Shown here in pieces: positions 1 to 15,140 of a stretch of DNA of 64,000 bases. Position numbers and translations under genes: made by a program. The first letter of the stretch is position 1. Each line of letters begins with the position of its first letter. Origin of the DNA: the human T2T-CHM13v2.0 reference genome, Homo sapiens; assembly GCF_009914755.1 (NCBI RefSeq), contig NC_060933.1. One strand, given 5' to 3'. The notes under the pieces are model-generated. The model saw only the letters and a program-made list of their open reading frames with translations, searched no databases and was not told the origin of the DNA.

Positions 1-188
1 CATCAGCCTTCCAAGTAGCTGGGACTACAGGCGTATGCCACCACGCCTGGCCAATTTTTTTTATATTTTTAGTAGAGATGAAGTTTCACCATGTTAGTGA
101 GGATAGTCTTGATCTCCTGACCTCGTGATCCGCCCTCCTCGGCCTCCAAAAGTGCTGGGATTACAGGGGTCAGCCACCACACCCAGCC
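1..188 (-). mobile_element. Alu (AluSc-like), cut by window edge
   Basis: Antisense Alu left arm: GATCTCCTGACCTCGTGATCCGCCC...AAAGTGCTGGGATTACAGG...CACCCAGCC. Confidence 0.95.
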
Positions 189-1810
189 TAATTTTAATTT
201 CTTAAGGAAACTCCATTCTGTTTTTCATAGCAGCTGCACCATTTACATTTCTGCCAACAGTGTAAAGGGGTTCCCTTCTTTTCCACATCCTTGCAAACTC
301 TTGTTTTTGTTTTTTGTTTTAGTTTTATAATAGCCATCCTAACAGATATGAAGTGATATCTTATTGTGGTCTTGATTTTTCATTTCCCTGATGATTAATG
401 ATGTTGAGCATCTGTTTACATATCAGTTGGTCATTTGTATGTCTTCTTTGGAGAAATGTCAGTTTAGTTTCTTTGCCCATTTTTTAATCAGACTATTATT
501 ATTATCATTATTATATGCTAAAGAGTTGAATAAGCTCCATATATATTTTGAGTATTAACCTCTTAACAGATACATGATTTCCAATTTTTCCAATTTCATA
601 GGTTAATTTTTCATTTCATTGATTGTTTTGCTGTACAGAAGCTTTTCAGTTTGGTATAATCCTACTTCCCTATTTTTGCTTTTGTTGCCTAGGCTTTTGG
701 GGTCATATTCAAGAAATCATTGCAAAGAGCAATTTCAAGAAGGTTTTCCCCTATGTTTTCTTCTAGGATTTTTATTCATGTTTTACATTTAAGTCGTTAA
801 TGCCCTTTAAGTTGACTTTTGTGTATGGTATAAGATATGGATCCAATTCCATTCTTTTGCATATGGACAGCCAGTTTCCCCAACACTATCTGTTGAAGAA
901 AGTGTTCTTTCTCTATTGTTTATTCTTGGCATCTTTGTTGGTGCTCAACTAATCATATGTGCCTGAGTTTGTTTCTGAGCTGTCTATTCTATTCCATTGG
1001 TCTATATGGGTGTCTTCATGCCAGTACTATGCTGTTTTGATTACTATTGCTTTGTAATATGTTTTGAAATCAGGAAATATAATGCTTCAAGCTTTATTTT
1101 TGCTCACAATTGTTTTGGCTATTCAAGGTCTTTTTTTTGGTCCAAAATGTTTTCTCTATTTGTATGAAAAATGTCATTGGGAATTTGATAGAAATTGTAT
1201 TGAATCTGTAGAGTGCTTAAGAAAGTATGGACATTTTAACAATCTTAATTCTTCCAATTCATAAACACAGGATGCCTCTCTATATTATTCATGTCTGCCT
1301 GAATGTTATTTACCAATATTATATAATTTTCCATGTACAAGTCTTTGCCTTTTTGGTTACATTTATTTCTAAGTATTTTATTATTTTTTGACATCATTGT
1401 AAATGAGGTCATTTTATTAATTTATTTTTCATTATTAAAGTATAGAAAGGCAACTGATATTTGTATGTTAATTTTATACCCTTGCAAGTTTACTGAATTC
1501 ATTTTTAGTTCTAACAGTTTTTTTGTCTGTGGAAACTTCAGGGTTTTCTATATATAAAATTATGTCATCTACAAACAGATAATTTTACTTCATTTTTTTT
1601 CAATTTAGTGTATTTTATTTTATTTTCTTGCCTAACTACAAGTTGTTACATAATGTTAGTGATGAGTTTTTCATACGTTACCTTTGTTTTACTGAGGTAA
1701 GTTTCCTTTATATCTAATTTGTTGAGAGATCTTATTATAAAAGGGTTGGATTTTATCAAGTGCTTTTTCTGCATTTACCTAGAAGATCATGTGATTTTTC
1801 TCCTTTATTC
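189..1810 (-). mobile_element. Old L1 (L1M-type) ORF2 3' region, decayed
   Basis: Antisense L1 ORF2 motifs, e.g. TATGTCTTCTTTGGAGAAATGTC, CAGAAGCTTTTCAGTTTG, TCAAGTGCTTTTTCTGCATT. Confidence 0.9.
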
Positions 1811-2234
1811 TATTTGTAGTACACTTTTAATCACACTTCAATTTCTCTATATTTTTATTCTTCTCTCTCCCCAGTTTTGATTAATCCCTAAAATAAAATG
1901 TATATATTTGTAACATATTTGGTAAGATTCACATAATTGTTTCATTTAAACAATTTTGAAATCCTCATTAATTAAAATGAGTTCTCCTTCAGTCTAGATC
2001 ATACAAGAAATCAGTGTAGTGTGCTGTCATAAAAAAATGAGATAGCTCTGTATCATACAATGAAGGAAAAAAAAAGGACCTCCATTTTCTTTCCAGCCAT
2101 TATTTTATTTTCTTGTTCTAGTTTTGAGATTGTCCATTAAATAAAAAGGAAAAGTGGATATTTTACAAAAGGGTGATATTTTTTCTTTATAACAGAGAGA
2201 TAGATAATAATAAGAGAATGGTAGCAGGACATGT

Positions 2235-3670
2235 CAATCCAAAGCCAGCATCATACTTAGCGGTGAAAAATTAGAAGCATTCTGACAACACAACAAGCAT
2301 ATTTAATGCTATTCTTTAATGATGTTTATTCGGTACCATTCAAACAATTGAAGAAAGACAAAAAATAGAAGACATAAAAATTGGATGGAAGAAATAAAAT
2401 GGCCTTTTTTGCATATGACATGATTATATTAGGAAAACTCAAGGAATTTCAGTATAATTATAAACATCGCGTTCTTTCAATAAGTTGAGTGATTACAAAA
2501 TTAATACATACTAAGTAGTCTTTATATTTAAAAGCAATATCCAGCTGGAAATATATTAAAAAGAAAAACCCCTTGAAAATTTTAACTATTAAAAAATTAT
2601 TTCCAAGAAATTAAGTTTAACAATATGCAGAATCTATATTTAAATTTTTTTAAAACTTCTGAGAGCAAAAAAGTGGACTTTAAAAATATAGCTAAATCTT
2701 AAATGGAATTATTATTACTGTATGAACATGTCAACTTTTCCTAAGTTATTCTATAAATTTCACATGACCCAAATTAAAAGCATATTTTATAAATAGACAA
2801 ATAGATTTTAATATATACATGGAAAAAAAGTATTGAATGAAATCTTACTAGAAAAACTCTGGAAAAAAAGAGTATTAAAGAATGGTTACCCAAATATGAA
2901 AATATTTTGAATGCTATAGCAATTAAAATTATATGGCACTGGTACTTGGACAACATCAAGGAAACATTGCAGAAAAGAAATAGCAAATACAAGCAAGAAT
3001 TCAAATTCTTGTAGAAATTTTGCCTTTATGAATATGACTTCTCATAATTTTAGGATAACAGTGTTTAATTATACACAGGTAAAGAACGTTTGTATCTTTC
3101 TGGAAGAGTGTAAACTCCTTAAACTACTATAGGATCAATTGCAGCAATAATTATATGAATTAGCATGCACAAAACATTTACCTTAGCAATTCCACATTTT
3201 GAAATATTTATATATATAATCCCATATGTGTAATACAGTACTAATGTGAGAATCTTTTAATTTTAGCAATGTTCACAGTGGTAATATACTAGAAACTAAA
3301 GAAATATTTAAAGTATATGTCATCTATTAAATATAATAGTATGCTATCACCCAAATAATAGCAATAACTATATATTTGCATAAAGCAATTTAAAATTTAT
3401 ACCAATAACTGGAGGGAAAAATATGCAGAAGGCTATGTTGCTGATTTTATATAAAGATTTAAAAAAAAAAAAACACCAAACAGGCACATACGTAAACATT
3501 TGTGTATATTTACATTATCTCTAAAAGAGTTGCTAAGGTTTTCCCTCTGGAGAAAGGTACTGTATAGCTCCCAAATATGGACAGAAGGAAAATGTAGTCT
3601 TCATTGTATTAGCTTTTGGATTTTTGATTCTTTATCAATGTACATATTTCATGTTAAAAAAATAAAATTT
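2235..3670 (+). mobile_element. Very old L1 (L1ME-like) ORF2/3' remnant
   Basis: Degenerate sense ORF2 motifs: AGCCAGCATCATACTTAGCGGTGAAAAATTAGAAGCATT, GCATATGACATGATT, AGCAATTCCACATTTTG; boundaries approximate. Confidence 0.7.
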
Positions 3671-5313
3671 AAGAAGAAGCTATCAGTAGCTACGCAAAGA
3701 AGGGTTAGCACTCATTATTACTGGGACCCAATGCTAATTTTATTGCTCATCTGGATTTGGGACAGATCCAAGACTTTCGCAAACTCTCTGAAAGCTTCTT
3801 TTATTTGTTGCAAGCACTATATATATATACACACACAAGCACTAACACTTCTGTGTACTATGTAACCTGAATGAGAAATTGCTTTGATGATGTATTAAGC
3901 TATACATCATCAGAGCCAGCTGCCATTCTGATGATGTATTAGTGCAATAAATCTTAAGATGTGACACATTGAAAAAGTATTACTCAAAAGAGAATGATCT
4001 CCAAGTTAAAAACTGATCCAACACAAAATTCAAAGAGAAACCTATAGATAAACAATTTATCTGTTGCCAAGAAGTGATATGCAAGCAAAGATGTCCTCTC
4101 AGGGCGCTTCTATTTTAGGCATTAGAATGTTAGCAAGCTCAGGGGAGATCAAAACTATTCGTCCCTTCCTCCAGCATCCAAAATTAATCCTGGAGATAAC
4201 TGGTTAAGAGCACATGAAAGAATCATCAGAGGAGAAAAGAAAATAAAATGAGCACAAGAGTTTTAAGGGTTATATGTAAGTAGACGGAAAAATATCTGGG
4301 CACTGGAGGCATTTCAGAGGAAGGTGCACGCCTAATTTCAGATGAGGATTTGTTTTGAAAAACTGAAAAACTGCAATGAAAATGCAGAACTCAAGTCGAG
4401 AATATGGCAGAAAACAGGGGAGAATCATGTGCATGTTTCAGGTCTTGTTCAAAAGCAGCTTAGGGAATTCTCCCTGAATTAAAAACTGACAACAACGAGA
4501 AAATTTTATAGATTGGTTTTGAATTTTGCCATTTATTAACTGTGTAACCTTGGGAATTTTTAAATAAGCTTTTGGCACACAAACTAGAGAAAGAAACTTA
4601 ACATAGAAAGTGCTTATTTTCATCCAATAAAAGACACTGAAGAAAGTTTTCACACAAATTTTTATTTGTGGTTGTTTAGCATTTTTGCTCGAGAATCTTT
4701 AAGTGAATACAGAAAGTGACTTTTTAGATGACATCCCATTTGTAAGCAATAGGGGCATGTCCCAATTTGTTCATTTCTTAAGTGTAGTATATACTGCTTC
4801 TGTGTGTCAGGAACTGTGGCTAGCCCCAACGACACAAACTGAACAAAACAGACATGTTATTTATTTTCCTTTGCTTCTGTATTGTCCCTCTTTTATCCCT
4901 TATCTAAAAACACACATCCTCTTTTTTTTTTTTCAATGTTTAGCTCATTTTTCATGGGTCTCATGTAATCATCCATGAGCACATCATCCCTAAGTATGAT
5001 CTCCCTCCTCGGAATTTCAATGAACTTCAAAATTGGAAGGAACATTCTAATCTATTTCAACATTTTCAGTTTAGAAATGAGAAAATTGTAGCCTAGCTGG
5101 GTCAACTGACTTACATGCCCAAGGATCATAGTTATGAAACTGTATGTGTATATATATATGACTTGAATCAGGTCTTCTAACTTTTCACAAGAATGTTTCC
5201 ACTTAATCACACCTCTATATTATTTACCCATCTATGCCACTCATTTGGCATATGACCTACACTGTCTTGTTTTATTTTTCACTTTTTGTTTCTATAATGT
5301 ATGCTTTTCCTAA

Positions 5314-5580
<267 letters not shown>

Positions 5581-6671
5581 TGACTCTGCAAATGTTAATC
5601 TATTCAACTTTCCAAAATTGCTGAATTTTGAGAGAAGAACCATGTCAAATGGTGCTCTTCATGTGGCCCCAATCATGTCACTATTTTTGAATAAATTATA
5701 AGTCTTTTCTAACATCACTCTATATGAAGAAATTCCATCTCTATATGGAATTGTGGCAAAAAGTACTTGAAGGAATATCAGTGAGTTCTAGGGAAGCACT
5801 AGAAGGTCAACTGTTGGGCTGCCCAGTCCTGTTCAAAACTTTTTAACAAACACACAGAATAAAACGGTTTCTGAAAACCCTCATGCTGAATCTGAGTGAC
5901 ATATTTGAGATAGGAAAGAAGTAAGCCAGTTGGCTAGACAGCTCAGTGGCAACAGATAGGTTTGTTGTATGGATGGTTTCTTTAAGGATTAGAGTGAGGA
6001 ACTCCTGCAATCAGCTCTGGCTAATGAAATGGAGGATATTGCTACAAATTCCTGCAGGATTATTTTAAAGATATAAACTTAATACACATATTAATTACAT
6101 CTACACATAAGAAACACTCTTCACTCCTTCCCCTTGTTCAGGTTTCATTTGAAAATCCAATTATACAAAAATGCAGTTTTAATTATTAATATTGATTTTA
6201 CTTCTTTGCTAGGAGTGGAACTAATTCAATTAGTTCTAATTATGTGCATAGAGTGGCTGGACTAATCTTTCAGGATGTTGGCCCACTAATTTCATACTAC
6301 TTTTCCTCACATCCGAGTCAGAGAGGAATATTAAGGCTCTGAAAGTCTGAAATTGTGCAGACCTTTAACAAAGAAAAACAAGGAAAAGGATACAATAATC
6401 TGTTAAATAATTTGACAGTGATTTTTCAGATGCAAAATTTTCCAAATCAAATTCTATTTAGCCTTTGCAAGCAGCAACACCAGCAGGGTTTAGAGAACTC
6501 TTGTAAGAAGCAAGAGGAAGACTAATGATAACAGAAACAAAGAAGAAATATTGTTAAGTGGCAACAACTACTTTTCGATTTAAAATATCAAAGTGAGATC
6601 AAATGAAGTAGGTTTAATAATTTATGTAAAATAAGCTGGACGTTTTGTAGAAATAAGAAGTGCTATGATAC

Positions 6672-7168
6672 TGTCAAAGCAAATTATACCAGATAAACAG
6701 GCAGGGAAGACTTTTTTCAAGGTTCTTGCAATAGAGACATAAAACTCATCTGATCTCAACTCTGCTGAAACGAAGAGCAGGATGACAGATCTGAGTCCAT
6801 CTGTGTGTTAACTGGCTTTACAGAAGCAAAAAGAAAACTTTCTCTTGTCTTCATCATGAGATACTTTTACAGCTTGAAGCAAGATACCCACTTAGGCTCC
6901 CACCCTCCCACAGTGACTGGGAGACTGGGGTGCTATCTTCCTTCATGATTTTAAAGGGATGGCTTCCAGGCCCTAGAGGAAGACAGCCCTGGGTGTAAAA
7001 CTGGCAAGAAGCTTTTAAAATGATTTGCATCTCAACCGGGCTGAGAAAAAATTAACTAGCTTCCTCAAGTAAACACTCTAAGATAAAGAGCAGAAGCCTA
7101 GACTCAGGAAGAAGTAGGCCTAAGGTCTAGTCAAGCTGAGAGGAACCAGTAAGACCAGTTTGGTCTGT
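6672..7168 (-). mobile_element. ERV1 solo LTR, MER67-like
   Basis: Minus strand begins CAGACCAAACTGGTCTTACTGGTTCCTCTCAGCTTGACTAGACC and ends TTTGACA, resembling MER67/MER31-group LTRs. Confidence 0.65.
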
Positions 7169-7349
7169 AAGTTGAAAGAAGGTGAGGTGTTTCCTAGAAT
7201 ACAAAGATTCAGGGTCTTTCTATGGCAATTAAAGCAACAACAATTAAAAAAAAAATCAACCGGAAAACACTAACAGTGAAGTACTTATTTGTGTGTACCT
7301 TAATCTTTGTTCACATTTACAGCTGATATTTAGCTTTCGAAAAACGTAA

Positions 7350-7520
7350 CCACCTCTGGTAGAGAGAGTTCTGTAGTGGAAGCCAGGAGATCTGAATACA
7401 AGCTGCATCTCTGCCCAGGGACTTACTAGTTAGGAGACTTCGAAAAATTAAAGTTATTACCTCATCTATGAAATGAAAGACTTGGAAAAACTCGGTCTTG
7501 GTGATAGTCTCAGGTCTCTT
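7350..7520 (+). mobile_element. MIR fragment
   Basis: GGAAGCCAGGAGATCTGAAT...CCTCATCTATGAAATGA core-like sequence. Confidence 0.55.
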
Positions 7521-8394
7521 GCTTATTTTATATTTTACAAGCCTATGTTTATGGTCTCTATAGAAATGTTTATAATTATTGTCATCTCATTTAATGGCTA
7601 ATTTCAACCTAAAATTATTACCCTCGCGTTTTAGGAAAAACTTTGAGTAATTGAACCCTTCTCTACAATTAAATGGCAAGCTAAATAAGGATTAGGTAAA
7701 GTCCTCTTCCTCCAGCACACTCTGCCTACCTCCCCAACAAAAACAAACACAAACACAAAACAAAACCCTAAGTCCTTTCCCTCATGCCTCACATACCTAT
7801 TTTGCCTGAAATTCCTTAAAATCAGATGTCTGCCTGACCTCTTCCTCAGGGTATCAATATAGCCTCAGGAGATGAAGAATCAAAAAGCTTTTGTCAATGG
7901 CTATTTAAGACCTTGATGCTACCATCTTTTGTTTTGCACATACACTAAGACATACACAACTGATGGAATTTTATCTACTTGAAACAACCTCCCCATACAA
8001 CTTTACATTTGACACTTCTGACAGCCAAACCTATTAGGACATTCAAATATGTAAAAGTATTTAAGGGAAGGCTTGCATTAGCTTCCTACATAGTCATCCA
8101 GAATTAACCTTTCTCTCTGCATTAATGACAGAGACACAGGTCATTGTGTAGTGTTAACCCTTTTGGAAAAGACAGCTAATCCAGATAAACATGTCTAGAA
8201 AGTCTGTGAATTTCAGTTTTAGAATAAGCACTGTAGTAAGTCTGAAATTTTATCACGTTGGTGGTTGCTCTAAGAAAATTAATGTTTATAATTAAAGACG
8301 CAAACACAATCAGCAAAACGCTAGGTTTATCAAAAATGCTTATTGGAAAAGCCAAATTATTGTAGAAAACATAGTAAAAATAAGTATAGCAATG

Positions 8395-8560
8395 ATGATT
8401 ATGGGCACTGGTGTAAGCACTTTACCTGTATTAACTCATTTCATCCTAATTTTCAAGGTTGTACATAACAGGAAACAAGGCAAAGAAAGATGAAGTAATT
8501 TCCCTTCACACAATTTATAAATAGCAAAATGAGTATTCAAAGCTAGAAGGTCCTATATGT
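8395..8560 (-). mobile_element. MIR fragment
   Basis: GGCACTGGTGTAAGCACTTTACCTGTATTAACTCATTTCATCCT...AGGAAACAAGGC. Confidence 0.6.
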
Positions 8561-10144
8561 TTTAAGCCCTTTCATACTGTTCATACTGTCAAAATTGCTT
8601 TAAGAAAAGTTGTACCAAATTTTAATTCCAATAGCAATGTACCTACATATCTTTATTTTCAACAATATTGAAGTTATTGCAGGGATACTTCGTTTTATTG
8701 TGATTCACTTCGTTCCACTTCACAGATATTGCATTTTTTTTACAGATGGAAGGTTTATGGCAACCCTGTGTTGACCAAGTGTGTTGGCACCATTTCTCCA
8801 ACAGCACGTGCTCGCTTCATGTCTCTGCGTCACAATTTTGTTAATTTCCACAATATTTCAAACTTTTTCATTATCGTTATATTGTTACGGTGTTCTAGGA
8901 TCAGTGATCTTTGATGTTACTACTGTAATCATTTGGGAGCAACACAATCCAGGCCTACAGAACATGATGAACTTAATTGATAAATGCGTATTCTGACTTT
9001 TCCACAGACTGGCCTCTGAGTGTTCAATTGAAAGGAAGAGTCGCATGTCTTTTGCTTTAAATCAAAAGCTAGGAAAGATTAAGCTTAGTGAGGAAGGCAC
9101 GTTGGAAGCAAAGATAGGCTGAAAGCTAGGCCTGTTGCGCCAAACAGTTGGGAATGAAAAAAAAAAAAGAACCTTAAAGAGAATTAAAACTGCTACTCCA
9201 GTGACCACACAAATGATAAGAAAGTAAAACAGCTTTATTGCTGATATGAAGAATGTTTTAATGGTCTAGATAGAAGGCCACACCAGCCACAACATCCCCT
9301 TAATCTAAAGCTTATTCCAGAGCAAGGACCTAACTCTCTTCAAATCCATGAAATCAGAGAAAGGTAAAGAAGCTGCAGAAGAAAAGTTTGAAGCTAGCAA
9401 AGGTTGATTCATGAGGGTTAAGGAAGCAAGCTACCTCCAAAACATAAAGGTGCAAGGTGAAGCAGCAAGAGCTGATGTAGCAGCTGCAGCAAGTTATCCA
9501 GAAGCCCTAGCTTAAGAGAACTGAAGAAAGTGGGTACCCTAAACAACAGATTTTTAATGTTGAAAAACAGCCTTATATTGGAAGAAAATGCCATCTAGGA
9601 CTTTGACAGCTAGAGAGAAGCAGCCAGTGTTTGCCTTTTAAAGCTTCAAAGGATAGCCTGACTCTTACATTAGAGGCTAATGCAGCTGGTGACTTAAGTT
9701 GAAGCCAATGTTCATTTACCCTTCAGAAGGCCCTAGGGTCCTTAAGAATTATGCTAAATCTACCTTGCCTATACGTACAAATGGAACAACAAAGCCTGCA
9801 TGACAGCACATCTGTTTATAGTATGATTTACAGAAAATTTTAAGCCAATATTTTGAGACTTGACTGTTCAGAAAAAACTGTATTTTTCAAAATATTACTA
9901 CTCATTGACAACACACCTGGTCACCCAAGAGTTTTGATGGAGCTGTACAAAGAGATTAATGTTGTTTTCATGCCTGCTAACCCAACATCAATTCCATAAC
10001 TCATGGATGAAGGTGTAATTTCAACTTTCAAGTCTTATTTAAGAAATACATTTTCTAAGAAATAGCCAGAGAGCAAGAATTAGATGTGGAGCCTGAAGAT
10101 GTGACTGAATTGGTATTATCTTACGGTAATACTCTAATGGATAA

Positions 10145-10521
<377 letters not shown>

Positions 10522-10824
10522 CAAAAAATTTTTTAATTAGAAAGATTTTATCAGAACAGTTGTACATATTTATGGGATATATATGATATTTCTATACATG
10601 CGTACTCTCTATCCCCGTGAGATAATTTGCTAAGCTCCAGCATACAAGTGAAAAACATGCAATATTTGTCTTCCTCTGCCTGGCTTATTGATAGGTAATA
10701 ATTGTTCATATTTATGATATTCATGTGATATTTTGAGATATGCATAACAATGTGTACTGATTAAATCAGGGTAATTAGGATATCCATCACCTCAAACATT
10801 GATCATTTCTCTGTGTTGGGAATA
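10522..10824 (-). mobile_element. L1MA-type 3'-end fragments nested in Tigger1
   Basis: TTGTACATATTTATGGG and AAATCAGGGTAATTAGGATATCCATCACCTCAAACATT; whole insert flanked by TGGTTTCTT (10176-10184) and TGGCTTCTT (10825-10833). Confidence 0.85.
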
Positions 10825-13727
10825 TGGCTTCTTGAGATGGAATCTACTCCTGGTCAAGATGCTGTGAACATTGTTGAAATGACAACAATGAATTTAGAAT
10901 AATACACAAACTTAGTTGATAAAGCATTGGCAGAGTTTGAGAGGATTTACTGCAAGTTTGGAAGAAGTTCTGCTGTGAGTAAAATGCTATCAAACAGCAT
11001 TGCATGCTACAGACAAATCTTTCATGAAAAAAAGTCAATTGATGCAGCAAACCTCATTACTGTCTTATTTTAAGAAATTTACACAACCGCCCCAACCTTC
11101 AGCAACCATCACTCTAATCAGTCGGCAGACATCAATGTCAGGGCAAAACATTCAATTGGCAAAAAGATTATGACTCTCTGAAGGTTCAGGTGACAGTATT
11201 TTCTAGCAATAAAGTATTTTCAAATTAAGATATGCACATTATTTTTTAGACATAATGCTATTGCACACTTAATAGACTATAGTGTAAATATAACTTTTAT
11301 ATCCATAGGACAACCAAAAATATCTTGTGGCTCACTGTATTGCAATATTGGCTTTATTGAGGTGGTCTGGAACCAAACCTTCAATATCTCTGAGGCATGC
11401 CTGTACTTAATTAAATATTTTGTCAATTTAATTAGCAAAAAGCAGTATTTAATTGTTATTTGAATATGCATTTATTTAATTAATACTAAGTCTGAGCACT
11501 AAAAAAAATTATCCTTTTTTCATTTTTAATTGGTTTGTGTCTTAGAACCATTTATTTTCTGTTGAAGTAATGATGCATTAACATATGTGAATATGTTTAT
11601 GTTAACTATGTATATAGTGGTTATTTATTTTCTTGACCAATTTATATATTCTTGTTCTATTTCTTTCCATATAGCTAAGTGATTAAAAAGGTATCTGTTT
11701 AGATTTAACTTAAAAATACTTACTAATTTTTTTTTCAAATTATAATTAGCTGTTATGCACTATCTGTGATTCAGGCTAAACATTATAATTGAATCAGATT
11801 CAAAATAAAAAAAAAGAAAATTCCACTGATTAAAATTGAATTCAACTTATACATTAATATGTAAAGAATTAAAATGATGACATAATTCAATTTTAAAACC
11901 AAAACATAGCATTTATTTTCATTTTGTCAAGTCTTCGTCCTATTAGTCCTTCACATTTCTTGTAAAAATTGGTTCATAGGAATGAAATAATCTGACTGGC
12001 TGTGATGAACATATATACCAGCTACTTATATTTTATTTTTGTTTTGCTATTTAATAACACCACCCTTGTTAAACTCTATATTAATATTTTTCTATTAATT
12101 ATATTGCATTGTTCTCGGTATAAAATTATCTGAACTGTTAAATACAGATAGGCTTGATCTTTGCTTTCCAGTAAGCATACATTATTTTTATATATCTTCC
12201 AGCTTGGTGTCCAATATTGATCATATTATTGATTCTGTGAAAATTTTGTCTGTAGTATCACTTTTATACATTATGTTAGAGTTTGAGACTTACATTAAGT
12301 TTATCATGAATTTTTTTCTCATTTATTATCATATATTATAGATTTGCTAGCCTGAGAAGGGAACCTGATATCTTCATTCGTCATATGCTCTGAGGAGATT
12401 TTTTTTTTTTAGTATAGTGGATATAGTAAATGGATAGTTTGCAGTAGTCAGGGATTCTTCCTTTACCAAAGTAACTCTGCAACAGTTATTCCTAAGACAT
12501 TGCTGCAAGGAAACTTCTAGGCTCTTCTCTTTCTATTGCCAACGTAGCAACTACATAAACATGTCTGCCCTTGATAGTATTGCCTGTGAAGGTACTCAAA
12601 GAGCAGATTTAAGAAAGGAAGTGATGGTTATGAATCGGGAAAGAGTGAGGAAAAGGGAAAACAGTCCTTTTGGCCTTAGAAACGTGCCTCCTTTTGGTAA
12701 AGGAAATAACTTCTGAGTTTAGGATCCAAAGTTATGCTAACTGAGCTGCAATTTCCTACCTTCACTCCCTGGGTGACCACATGTTTTCTCCTTAATGGTT
12801 CATTCTTACTTTAAGGAGTGGAAATCCCTTCTGAGGTTTGAAAAATTATTGAACGCCGAAACATTGCTTCTTTCCTTGTGTTTCCCTGAGGAATTCAATG
12901 AGAAATACCTGAGTGTAAAGCAATCCCTGCTTGCTTTCTGTTTAAACCAAAATATTTAGCATAAACACAATGCTTTAGCCTATTACAATTGTGTGTTTCT
13001 TGAGTTTGAAGATTTCTGTCTTTAAAATGAATTAATATTTTCTCTGTTATTTTGCCTCTTTCTCTAATCCTCTGGACTACAATCTCATGTTTCTTCAGTT
13101 TCACAGCAAATATGTACATTTTTTTTTTCCTTAGCGGGGCTTCTCCAAGATTATTATCCGTGCTATTGTGGTTTAAGACTGTGAGATTGGACTGACTTAC
13201 TGTCATTTTTCAGAACACTGCTGACGGTGCTAAGGAATGGTAACTCACAAATTACTTCTGTGTCAGAAGATGGAAAAAAATGTTAAGTCAATTTCTTAAA
13301 TTAATTAAGAGATAACGTTGATATAGAAATAGGCTAGTGCCACAGATAATTATCACTTGAAATTACATAGTCACAAAGGCCAGTTAAGGAACCAAATATA
13401 GCTAATGAGAAAATTTAATTGATAATGCTTCAAGCTGCTGGTCCTGCTTTTTTTCTAGTTAAATAACAACAAAGAAACAAAAACAACAACAAAACAGAGC
13501 AGTGGGCTAATTTTATATTAGAAAGCTCCTCTGGATCTCAGTTGAGGTTTATTTTGTTTTTAGCTACATGAATTCTCTTCTTTTTCCACCTCCTCTATAT
13601 GTATTTAGCTTGTTAATTATTTTTTCAATGAAATGTAGTGTCTTCCACTTTTTAAGAATTCTGAAACTCGAAATAGAGAAATTTCTATACTTTAAAATTT
13701 CTGGTTTAAAAAGAAAAAGAAATTCAA

Positions 13728-14008
13728 TCATGCCTGTAATCCCAGAACTTTGGGAGGCCGAGGCGGGTGGATCACGAGGTCAGGAGTTCAAGACCAGCCT
13801 GGCCAAGATGGTGAAACCCCGTCTCTACTAAAAATACAAGAATTAGCCAGGCGTGGTGGCAGGCGCCTGCAATCCCAGCTACTGAGAAAGCTGAGGCAGA
13901 GAATAGCTTGAACCCAGGAGGTAGAGGTTGCAGTGAGGCAAGATCGCGCCACTGCACTGCAACCTGGGGGACAGAGTGAGACTCCATCTCAAATAAATAA
14001 ATAAATAA
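13728..14008 (+). mobile_element. Alu (AluSg-like), slightly 5'-truncated
   Basis: GGATCACGAGGTCAGGAGTTCAAGACC; (AAAT)n tail; TSD GAAATTCAA at 13719 and 14011. Confidence 0.95.
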
Positions 14009-14059
14009 GTGAAATTCAAGTTTTTGTCTTTCACATTTTCTTTTTTGTAATAGACTATA

Positions 14060-15140
14060 TAATCAATATATTCTGACTGCTCTTCCTGTAGAAAACATCT
14101 AAAAATTCTGGTTAAAATATAAGATTTTCTTCTGAAAATTAATTGCCAAGCAGGCAACATAGTAAGGAATTTTTATAGCTGAAAAAACAAAACAAAACAA
14201 ACAAACAAACAAACTGAGAACAGGAACCAAGAGAGATAAGAGTGTTTCTGAAGCTACTTATCATTTTGAAGGCATTTTCCAATGCCCTGTAACTTTAAAT
14301 TTGGTTTTCCAAGCACCACCTAGCAGGGATAAGAGAAAACCTAGAGTTAATTAATATAGGGAGAATAATAGGAGACACAGGCATAAAATCTCACCAAGGG
14401 AGCTGGAAATAATCCTGTTCTTTTCATACCTGGAGATAGAAGAAGGAGGAAAATGAGGGGAAGAATAAACAAGAGGAAAAGAAGAAGAAGAAAGAAAGAA
14501 AAAATGCACACCTCAAATAATCTGTTTTCAGAATTCGTGCTCACAATCTGATCCTTATAAGGGTCTACAGCCTAAAATTTACATTTGTTGCTTACACTGA
14601 AATAATTCAAAATGGAAAATTTATTTTAAAGCAGTACTACACTGATTGATAGTGTCCCTTGGCCCCTAGCAGAAGAAAACACAAATCCTCTTTGGAGAAA
14701 TTCACACACTAAACTCATGCCTCAAAAACATCAGCTCGTAGGGTCAAAATTATAAAAGCAGAAGGAAATAAGGCCCCACAAATGAAATAGAAACAACTGA
14801 AAACCATATCAGCTCAATATAAGACTTCAAGTATTGGAATTATCAGATTCAGAATATTTATAAATAATATTCAATTGTATAAAAATATAGAAATGGAAAA
14901 CAACAGTTGGATAATGGAGAAAGAGGCCATAAAAATGTTCAGCCAAACTTGAAAGATATCTATATACTACTTCAAGATATGAAAAACATAACTAAAATTA
15001 TAAATATACCACAGTATTAAACAATGTATCAAAGAATCCTCAAGATAAGTAATAAACTGAAATATAGATCTGAAAAAAATTAAAAATGCAGCACAGAGGG
15101 AGAAAATAAGCAAACTATGAAAGTCATGGTACCTAAAAAG
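14060..15140 (+). mobile_element. Old L1M 5'/ORF1-region remnant
   Basis: A-rich sense strand with AGACTTCAAGTATTGGAATTATCAGA and AAAATGCAGCACAGAGGGAGAAA, typical of old L1 ORF1. Confidence 0.55.

Noticed and set aside
189-3670. Twin-priming inversion of one L1
   Set aside because: The opposite-strand pieces cover overlapping ORF2 regions and differ in decay, so they are independent elements.
3885-3931. C/D-box snoRNA (TGATGA...CTGA)
   Set aside because: Only ~47 nt with no terminal stem; the boxes are by-products of the repeated motif.
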